Below are positions 25,381 to 32,000 of a DNA stretch of 32,000 bases, one piece after another. This DNA is from Thermodesulfobacteriota bacterium (GTDB lineage Bacteria > Desulfobacterota > WTBG01 > JAGOGO01): contig CP113000.1 in assembly GCA_026625185.1 (NCBI GenBank), positions 1,785,622 to 1,817,621 of the forward strand. Direction: 5' to 3'. The position numbers and the translations under genes were made by a program. The notes under the pieces were generated by a model, which saw nothing but the letters and a program-made list of their open reading frames with translations, ran no database searches and was not told the origin of the DNA. Every line of letters starts with the position of its first letter. The first letter of the stretch is position 1.

Positions 25381-25450
25381 AATGCTGAAATTTTTTGTAT
25401 GAAAGGCTAAAGTTTTTAACTTGGCTATTTAATAAAGAAGGATGATGAGT

Positions 25451-25909
25451 ATGAATTTAAAAGAAAAAGGCTTCACGTTAGTTGAGCTGATGATTGCTGT
25501 GGTGGTTTTAGCAATTGGCATCCTCGGGTTAATCGGTCTGCAGGTTGCGGCCATGAACGGCAATCTTTCCGCCAATAAAATGACAACTGCCATGACCTTA
25601 GCTCAAGACGAAATAGAACAGCTCAAGCGGCTTCCATTAACCAATGGCGCTCTTACTGATGCCGGAAATAATGATAAATTGACCAGCCCCGCGAATGCAG
25701 CTTCTTTTGAACATACTGATGCCAACAACCCCATTAATGAAAGCGGCGAGAATACCGGGTTAGGGGGATATTACCGGTTCTGGAATGTTGCTGATGACAC
25801 GCCCACCCAAGGGGCAAAGACGGTCGTGGTCTTTGTTTTTTGGGGCGCGATGGATGCTAATGGACTTCCTCGACACCGGGTGATGGTACCAACAATTATT
25901 GGAGGCTAA
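25451..25909 (+). CDS. pilV: Type IV pilus minor pilin PilV
   Basis: Leader MNLKEKG|FTLVELMIAVVVLAIGILGL, followed by the PilV-type ...MTTAMTLAQDEIEQL. ATG 25451 is preferred because GAAGGA lies 9 nt upstream. ATG 25442 and 25445 are alternatives. Confidence 0.8.
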   Translation: MNLKEKGFTLVELMIAVVVLAIGILGLIGLQVAAMNGNLSANKMTTAMTLAQDEIEQLKRLPLTNGALTDAGNNDKLTSPANAASFEHTDANNPINESGENTGLGGYYRFWNVADDTPTQGAKTVVVFVFWGAMDANGLPRHRVMVPTIIGG

Positions 25910-26823
25910 TGAGTTCTATGCCGGATTTTAAAAAACGTACCCATAAGCAGAAAGGTTTTACGCTGGTTGAATTGATGGTTGTGGTGGTGATTTTTATGTT
26001 TATCCTTGCCGGGGTTTATACCGCTTTTCTCTCTCAGCACCATGCTTCGGTTGTCCAGGCACGGGTAAGTGAAACCCAGCAGAATGCCCGGATCGCAATG
26101 GACTTTCTTTCCAAGGAAATCCGGATGGCAAATTTTGGAAAACCATTGGGATCAGTCAATACATTTTCTAATGGCATTACTCCGGCAATAAATAATGACG
26201 CAACTAGTGGAAATAATGTCTTGAATGGCACCGACCAGATTACTGTCATTACCGGCTATCGGCAGATATCCACGCTGGCAAGCGCCGCGAACACTGATGC
26301 TACCTCCATAACTCTTGTTGCCAACGGCGACCAATTCAACACGACGACAAAAAAATACGTGTGTATTGACGGAATTGGTCGGATAGATAATTATGAGGTT
26401 ACGGGAATCGCCGGTAACGTCCTGACCGTCAGCCCGGCTTTGCACAGGGGGTATCAGGCGGACGCGCCGGTTTTATTGGTTAAGGCGATTACCTATAGCG
26501 TGAATGATGCCGGATTTCTCACGCGCAATGAAAATACCGGCGGTGGAGCGCAGCCGCTGGTTCCAAATATTGAGGATCTGCAGTTCGCTTATCAGCTTAA
26601 TGATGGCACCTGGTCTAACGCCCCGGGTGTCCCCGATGATATTAGAGCGGTGCGGATTAATGTGCTTGCCCGAACACGTTTTGAAGACCATCGTCCGGGA
26701 CAGGCCGGGACGATAGGCACAAAACCGGATATTGAGGACCACGACGTGGACAATGTGACGAGGGATGGTTTCCGGAGGAGGCTTTTAACCTCAGTTGTTG
26801 AGATAAGGAATTTAGGATTTTAG
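25909..26823 (+). CDS. pilW: Type IV pilus minor pilin PilW
   Basis: The ATG overlaps the pilV stop (TAATG). Prepilin motif KG|FTLVELMVVVVIF, then the PilW-type ...ETQQNARIAMDFLSKEIRMA. Confidence 0.8.
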   Translation: MSSMPDFKKRTHKQKGFTLVELMVVVVIFMFILAGVYTAFLSQHHASVVQARVSETQQNARIAMDFLSKEIRMANFGKPLGSVNTFSNGITPAINNDATSGNNVLNGTDQITVITGYRQISTLASAANTDATSITLVANGDQFNTTTKKYVCIDGIGRIDNYEVTGIAGNVLTVSPALHRGYQADAPVLLVKAITYSVNDAGFLTRNENTGGGAQPLVPNIEDLQFAYQLNDGTWSNAPGVPDDIRAVRINVLARTRFEDHRPGQAGTIGTKPDIEDHDVDNVTRDGFRRRLLTSVVEIRNLGF

Positions 26824-26839
26824 AGTCTTAAACTTTTTT

Positions 26840-26925
26840 CTCCCCTTTAAAAAAGGGGAGTTAGAGGGGTTGAGTTTTCTGAACTCCCCCAAACCCCTCA
26901 ATCCCATCTTTATCAAAGGGGGATG
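26840..26925. repeat. Degenerate GGGGAG-hairpin repeat, locus C
   Basis: CTCCCC-tttaaaaaa-GGGGAG (26840-26860), followed by GAGGGG (26864-26869), CTCCCC (26884-26889) and CCCCTC (26894-26899). It has the same block vocabulary as loci A and B but is less regular. Confidence 0.4.
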
Positions 26926-26965
26926 AAAAAGAAAAAAGGATAGAAATGCTTAGGAGGTTAAACCA

Positions 26966-27502
26966 ATGCTAACGTTACACGAGGAAAAAGGATTTGTTTT
27001 ATTTACCGCCCTTTTAATTATGATTGTTTTGACTCTGGTGGGAATCGGAGCGATCATGAATTCTGGGGTGGAAATAAACATCTCACGCAATGACCGACTG
27101 AAAAAAGAAGCCTTTTTTGCGGCGGATGCGGGTGGCGCGGTTGTTCCGAGGATTATAAATTACTATATGAGCGAACAACCGGCCTCTCTTGCTGACCTCC
27201 CTGATGATCTTAAAGCTATCGGGAAAGACGATAATTTTCTCGTTGAAATAAACGGCACAAGCGAAGACGATAGTGTATGTTCAAGCCCGGATTTTCAGAC
27301 GACCAGCGGCGGGAAACCGGTCAATATTGATATTGACCGTATTGCTGTGGTCCAACCCACGGGGCAGGAAATAATATTTCTGGGGGAGAGCGGTGTGGCA
27401 GCGCCGGTGAACATTTATTACCGCGCCGACTGCAGAGGATTCGCGTCGGATAACAGCTTTTCGGATGTGGAATTATTTTATAGGTATATCCCGTCGTATT
27501 AG
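26966..27502 (+). CDS. pilX: Type IV pilus minor pilin PilX
   Basis: AGGAGG SD at 26953-26958. N-terminus EEKG|FVLFTALLIMIVLTLVGIGAIM (no Glu5, as in PilX), followed by the PilX_N-like ...EINISRNDRLKKEAFFAADAG. Confidence 0.7.
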   Translation: MLTLHEEKGFVLFTALLIMIVLTLVGIGAIMNSGVEINISRNDRLKKEAFFAADAGGAVVPRIINYYMSEQPASLADLPDDLKAIGKDDNFLVEINGTSEDDSVCSSPDFQTTSGGKPVNIDIDRIAVVQPTGQEIIFLGESGVAAPVNIYYRADCRGFASDNSFSDVELFYRYIPSY

Positions 27503-27549
27503 GAAGATAGAGCAATGATGGTTCATTTTATCGTTTTAAGGAGCGCCCT

Positions 27550-30500
27550 ATGAAAAATAAGTTTATGATAATGACCTGTTTAATTGTGGTTTCATTATGG
27601 ACAGGCAATCAAAAATGTTTTTCTCAAACCATCAGTGATTACTCCTCCCTTCCTGTTTTTATGTCCACGAGCCTTCAGCCCAATGTCATGGTCATGCTGG
27701 ATACTTCGATGAACATGTTCAAGTTCGCCTATTATGAGGGTTGGGAAACCCCAAAAGATACTACTGACGACAACTACGGCACAAACAATGGACATCCTGC
27801 GGAGGGCTTTAACCCATCGATTAATTATTATGGCCTTTTTGACTACCGATACTTTTATACCTATGGAAGCAACAAATTTACACCTACTGTCCTCAGGTCG
27901 TCCCGGGTAAAAGCATCAAACGAGTGGGATGGTAACTTTCTTAACTGGCTTACCATGAGAAGGATCGATGTTCTGAGAAAAGTTTTAACCGGAGGAAAGG
28001 AGTCCGGATCAACAGCAGTGACGGAAACGCCTTCTTCTGCCTGCGCTGAAGCTAGCGAAGGGGCTTATAAAAGGATTGCGATTAATGCAGATAATTTCAC
28101 CCCCTTTCCTGGTGAAACTTCAATAGATTTTAAAATATGGAAAAGCGGCATAGAAAAGGGGAGCAGTAAATATGCGCTTTCGATTGTGAAGGTTAGCGGC
28201 ACTGCGACCGAGGGGATCATTCAGAAACTCTACGACCGGTTCAGGTGGGGGCTTACTTTTTTCAATACCGACGATGAGGGAGGCAAAGTTAGTGACCCGA
28301 CAAAACAACGAAATCTAACTGCCATAAGAACAACTCTGGTAAATAATATTAACACGGTGACCCCCAGTGGTAAGACTCCGTTGGCGGAGGCACTCTGGGG
28401 CATAACCGGTTTTTTTGCTCAGACAACAGGTAGCATACAGGGGTTTGGGAGCCCCGGCCCGAGTTATCATTCCGGCGATTATACCATCAATAATGAAGAC
28501 GACCCGTATAACTATGGGACGGGTGGTCAGCCGGTTTGGGCTCCGTGCGCGAAAACCGCGGTGGTCCTGGTCACCGCTGGAGAGCCTTGCGGGGATGGTA
28601 ATCTGCCGGATGGGTTAAAAAATTATGCAACGGGAACAACATATGACTGCACAAGTCGATCTGCCTCAGGCGACTGCTATTTCTCTGACTGCGGAACCGG
28701 GGCGGTGCCGGGTGTCGAAGACGTGGCGTTGTTCGCCCACACCAGAGACATTCGAGATTCACTGGACGGGGACCAAAAATTAGATATTTATGTTGTTTCG
28801 GTTTTCGGTCCGGGAACCGGTCTTTTGAAATATACCGCCATCAATGGAGGATTTACTGACAAAGGTGAGGTGAAGGATGGTGTGCCCAACGATTCAAGCG
28901 AGTTTGACGTGAATCCTGATATCGGCGCACCAGGAGAGCCGGATAATTATTTTGAAGCTCGAAACGGAACTGAGCTTGAGGAAGCGCTCCAAAAAACCGC
29001 GGAATTAATATTGAAGAAGGTCTCATCCGGCACCTCGGTAGCGGTTCTTTCCACCTCAGATACAGGAGAAGGATCGTTATTTCAAGCTTATTTCAAGCCT
29101 GAAGTTTATGAGAGCGGCACAAAAGTGCGATGGCTTGGATACCTGCAGGGCTTATGGGTCGACAACAAGGGAAATCTGCGGGAAGACACCGTTGATGACC
29201 AAGCGCTGGTTTACACCCAGGATAAAATTATAGAATATGTGTTGGACCCGGATACAAACGAACCCAAGATAGAAAAATATAGCGACAGTGATGGGGATGG
29301 CAACGCTGATTCAACGACGCCTGATGGCCCCGCCGTGGGTTTGAGCGCCGCCACCCCGATCTGGGAAGCGGGTAAAATGCTGGCAAAAAGGACTGCGTCG
29401 TCCCGAACAATTTATACCTTTAAAGATGCCGATGCCGATGGGCTCGTGGATACCGGAGAGTTTATTCCCTTTACCACAACTAATGCGAGCGCTCTTCAGC
29501 CTTATCTCAGAGCCAGCAGCACGGACGAGGCCCAAAACATCATAAGGTTTATCAGGGGCGAATGGGTTGACGGCTATCGGGAACGGCGGTTGACGGTTGA
29601 CGGGGCGTATCAGGTCTGGAAGCTGGGAGATATTGTGTATTCCACTCCCACGGTAAGCGGAAAACCTGCGGGCAATTACCACATCACTTATGGCGACAGC
29701 TCCTATGCCGAGTACTACTCAACCTATAAAGACCGGGATACGATAATCTGCACGGGAGCAAACGATGGCATGCTCCATGCTTTCTGGGCAGGCAGATACC
29801 ATTCAGGAGATGATGATCCGATGGATAGTGTGGTGAAAAATGGCTGGTATGAGGACACAAGCAGCACTCTTAATCCCGGGGATGAAATCTGGGGGTATAT
29901 TCCCTGCAATCTGCTTCCCCACCTTAAATGGCTGACCGATCCCACCTATGGCGATAGCACCCACGTTTATTATGTTGACTTAAAACCCCGGATTGCTGAT
30001 GTTAAGATATTTACTGCTGACTCTAAGCACATAAATGGCTGGGGAACGGTGTTGATTGGAGGGATGAGGCTGGGCGGAGGAAATATCACCGGCACTGGTA
30101 GCCTTGCGAGTCGAACTTTCAGCTCTGCCTATTTCTGTCTGGACATCACCGATCCGGCGAACCCCGAACTTCTCTGGGAGTATACCAACGCAGACCTTGG
30201 GTACACATCATCGTATCCCGCAGTTGCCAAGGTCGGCACTAAGTGGTTTGCGGTCTTTGGCTCCGGCCCCACCAATCTCGCGAGAGGGGATTGTGATAAT
30301 ACCGGTAAAAACGGAAAAATATTCATCGTTGACATTGCCGACGGAACTGCGTCCCAAGTATTTACGGCTACTGAATCCGGCGCTTTCTTTACTGATCCGA
30401 TCGCGATTGACACTCAATTAGACTACAGTGTTGACCGCATATATATCGGGGAGACCTATGATGCCGGAACCACCTACGGAGGAAAAATGTACCGGCTGTG

Positions 30501-31329
30501 GACAAAAAACAGTTCAGGCGTCGTCCAGGAGGATCCCGCGAGCTGGGTGACCCCTTCGGTCTTTTTTGATACAACCGCAACCGGAAAGAGTCAACCCCTT
30601 ACCTCGGGCGCAACTGCCGCGTTTGATGAATCGCATAACCTGTGGGTCTATTTTGGGACCGGTAAATTTATGGGAACCATAGATAAATCCGATCCTTACC
30701 AGCAGACCTTTTACGGAATTAAAGATCCCTGTTCAGTGCCAACCTGCACCACGACTGTCGCCAACAATGACACCTCGTTATTTAATTCCACGGGTGTAAC
30801 CATTACTCAGACCGGCAGCAGTACAACAAGTCCGGTAACGGTTTCAGGAGCCGGCTCAATAACCACCTGGAACGCATTACTTGCCAATGTCGGCCAAGCG
30901 AATGCTCATCCCGGAGGCTGGTATTTTAATCTATGGGCAAATACCGGGACTTCGAGCGACCCGAGTGAGCGGGTAATTTACCGTCCGGTTGCTTTTGGCG
31001 GAGTGGTCTTGTTTACAACTTTTATTCCTAACTACGATGTTTGTGGTTTTGGTGGAACAAGCTCCCTTTATGCTTTAAATTATCTCACCGGTACTGCTAA
31101 TAGCTCACCGGTAATTGGAACCTCGGGGACTGAAATTCGCAAAAAACAGGATCTCGGGTCAGGAATGGCTTCAGGAGTCGCCCTTCATGTTGTGGCGTCA
31201 GAAACCGGCGGGACTAGTAATGATGTTGAGAAAGCATATATTCAAATGAGCACCGGGGTGATCGTTCAAGCCGACATTACGACCTCTTTGGTGAGGTCAG
31301 GCACCACCGCCTGGAGAGAAACCAAATAA
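27550..31329 (+). CDS. pilY1: PilY1/PilC-family tip adhesin with an N-terminal vWA-like domain and a C-terminal beta-propeller
   Basis: AAGGAG SD and a signal peptide. vWA-like core VMVMLDTSMNM ... TPLAEALWG ... VLVTAGEP. PilY1 propeller motifs WKLGDIVYSTP, GANDGMLHAF and DEIWGYIP. It sits immediately after pilVWX. Confidence 0.9.
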   Translation: MKNKFMIMTCLIVVSLWTGNQKCFSQTISDYSSLPVFMSTSLQPNVMVMLDTSMNMFKFAYYEGWETPKDTTDDNYGTNNGHPAEGFNPSINYYGLFDYRYFYTYGSNKFTPTVLRSSRVKASNEWDGNFLNWLTMRRIDVLRKVLTGGKESGSTAVTETPSSACAEASEGAYKRIAINADNFTPFPGETSIDFKIWKSGIEKGSSKYALSIVKVSGTATEGIIQKLYDRFRWGLTFFNTDDEGGKVSDPTKQRNLTAIRTTLVNNINTVTPSGKTPLAEALWGITGFFAQTTGSIQGFGSPGPSYHSGDYTINNEDDPYNYGTGGQPVWAPCAKTAVVLVTAGEPCGDGNLPDGLKNYATGTTYDCTSRSASGDCYFSDCGTGAVPGVEDVALFAHTRDIRDSLDGDQKLDIYVVSVFGPGTGLLKYTAINGGFTDKGEVKDGVPNDSSEFDVNPDIGAPGEPDNYFEARNGTELEEALQKTAELILKKVSSGTSVAVLSTSDTGEGSLFQAYFKPEVYESGTKVRWLGYLQGLWVDNKGNLREDTVDDQALVYTQDKIIEYVLDPDTNEPKIEKYSDSDGDGNADSTTPDGPAVGLSAATPIWEAGKMLAKRTASSRTIYTFKDADADGLVDTGEFIPFTTTNASALQPYLRASSTDEAQNIIRFIRGEWVDGYRERRLTVDGAYQVWKLGDIVYSTPTVSGKPAGNYHITYGDSSYAEYYSTYKDRDTIICTGANDGMLHAFWAGRYHSGDDDPMDSVVKNGWYEDTSSTLNPGDEIWGYIPCNLLPHLKWLTDPTYGDSTHVYYVDLKPRIADVKIFTADSKHINGWGTVLIGGMRLGGGNITGTGSLASRTFSSAYFCLDITDPANPELLWEYTNADLGYTSSYPAVAKVGTKWFAVFGSGPTNLARGDCDNTGKNGKIFIVDIADGTASQVFTATESGAFFTDPIAIDTQLDYSVDRIYIGETYDAGTTYGGKMYRLWTKNSSGVVQEDPASWVTPSVFFDTTATGKSQPLTSGATAAFDESHNLWVYFGTGKFMGTIDKSDPYQQTFYGIKDPCSVPTCTTTVANNDTSLFNSTGVTITQTGSSTTSPVTVSGAGSITTWNALLANVGQANAHPGGWYFNLWANTGTSSDPSERVIYRPVAFGGVVLFTTFIPNYDVCGFGGTSSLYALNYLTGTANSSPVIGTSGTEIRKKQDLGSGMASGVALHVVASETGGTSNDVEKAYIQMSTGVIVQADITTSLVRSGTTAWRETK

Positions 31330-31418
31330 AGTATGGTTCGTTAACCCGCAACTTTTGAAAGGACAAAGGCATCAGAATCAAAAATTTGACAAAATAAATA
31401 AATTGTGGGAAAAAGATA

Positions 31419-31464
31419 AGGTTGCTTCGATCTGCGCGCAGCAGGTTCAAGCAACCTCGATTTT
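31419..31464 (+). terminator. Candidate intrinsic terminator after pilY1
   Basis: Stem AGGTTGCTT (31419-31427) / AAGCAACCT (31449-31457) with an inner CTGCGCGCAG palindrome, followed by cgaTTTT. The T-run is short. Confidence 0.5.
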
Positions 31465-31537
31465 CCCGGCTTTAACGCTTTTTTTATTAGGTATAGAAGA
31501 AAAAACAAACAAGGGGCACCTTTTAGGGAGCAAGCGC

Positions 31538-32000
31538 ATGAAAAAAAGTTTTATTCTTTTTTTAGCTTTTTGTTTTTTAACCTGTTTGGGCGGTTGTAAG
31601 GGGAAGAAGCAAGGAGAGGGTAAGCCGGGTACGTCTCACGCTGAAAAAAATGAGAAAAAGACGGTTGCTCCCCCTGCGCCCAATTATGCGCCAAAAGTTG
31701 TTGGGGCAAAAATAGTTCCTGATCCGGCGTATGCTAACAGGGACCTTAAGGTGGAGGTGAATGCCGAAGATCCGGAAAAAGATTTAATTGAGCTCAAATA
31801 TCAATGGATTAAATTTATGGGAGAAGGTCCGGTACGGACGGCAGTAAACCTTGAGGGGGAAACCGACCCAACGCTTTCCCACGATAAATTTGTCCATGGA
31901 GATGTTGTTGCCGTAAGGATAACCCCTTTTGACTGGAAGGGCGCTGAAGGACAAATGTATCAAACGAAACTTTTAGTCATCAGGAATTCACCGCCGGAAA
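31538..32000 (+). CDS. Hypothetical lipoprotein with Ig-like repeat pattern; 3' end outside the window
   Basis: Not in the ORF track because there is no stop in the window. AGGGAG SD, then ATG 31538. Signal plus lipobox MKKSFILFLAFCFLTCLGGC. The frame is open to the window end. The pattern DLKVEVNAEDPEKDLIELKYQWIK suggests beta-sandwich repeats. Confidence 0.65.
   Translation, partial: MKKSFILFLAFCFLTCLGGCKGKKQGEGKPGTSHAEKNEKKTVAPPAPNYAPKVVGAKIVPDPAYANRDLKVEVNAEDPEKDLIELKYQWIKFMGEGPVRTAVNLEGETDPTLSHDKFVHGDVVAVRITPFDWKGAEGQMYQTKLLVIRNSPPE

Noticed and set aside
25422-25437. TGGCTA-tttaa-TAAAG upstream of pilV as a second sigma-54 promoter
   Set aside because: It has the -24 GG but no GC at -12, so it is not a credible RpoN site.
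29766-29781. Sigma-54-like TGGCAT-gctcc-ATGCT inside pilY1
   Set aside because: The spacing is correct, but the -12 element is ATGC rather than TTGC and the site is deep inside a long coding region. A chance match is likely.

Overview
This is a chromosomal window from a moderately AT-rich Gram-negative bacterium. Sigma-54 regulation and an FYGFIK-type intergenic repeat hint at a Desulfobacterota- or Nitrospirota-like anaerobe, but that is only a guess.

Gene content, left to right:
- The 3' end of an RND/MMPL transporter, then DUF1302 and DUF1329 genes (a poorly understood envelope cluster).
- A minus-strand block: Big_2 lipoprotein, GAF histidine kinase, dksA, era, purB.
- Two very small, very basic plus-strand ORFs missing from the ORF track. 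One is bS22-like (31 aa); the other is an unknown of 57 aa.
- A compact Fe-S plus corrinoid-domain protein next to a NUDIX hydrolase.
- A decayed IS5-family element in a 1.2-kb non-coding scar.
- hisG, an APC permease, murA-hisD and a CCA-adding enzyme.
- An 11-kb type IV pilus block: pilD, sensor kinase, sigma-54 activator (pilR-like), fimT-like, pilV, pilW, pilX and a 1259-aa pilY1.
- A 3'-truncated lipoprotein gene.

I found no rRNA, tRNA, CRISPR array or recognisable defence system, and no convincing wholly new multi-gene system.

The best leads are:
1. A perfectly spaced sigma-54 promoter lies inside the predicted 5' end of the first pilin gene. This leaves either a non-AUG start or a 72-aa prepilin leader.
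2. The unannotated pair of small basic proteins.
3. A mini-CFeSP/HgcA-like protein that lacks the HgcA cap-helix motif.
4. Two families of intergenic palindromic repeats, one of which sits inside the pilus operon.
5. The RND-DUF1302-DUF1329 cluster.
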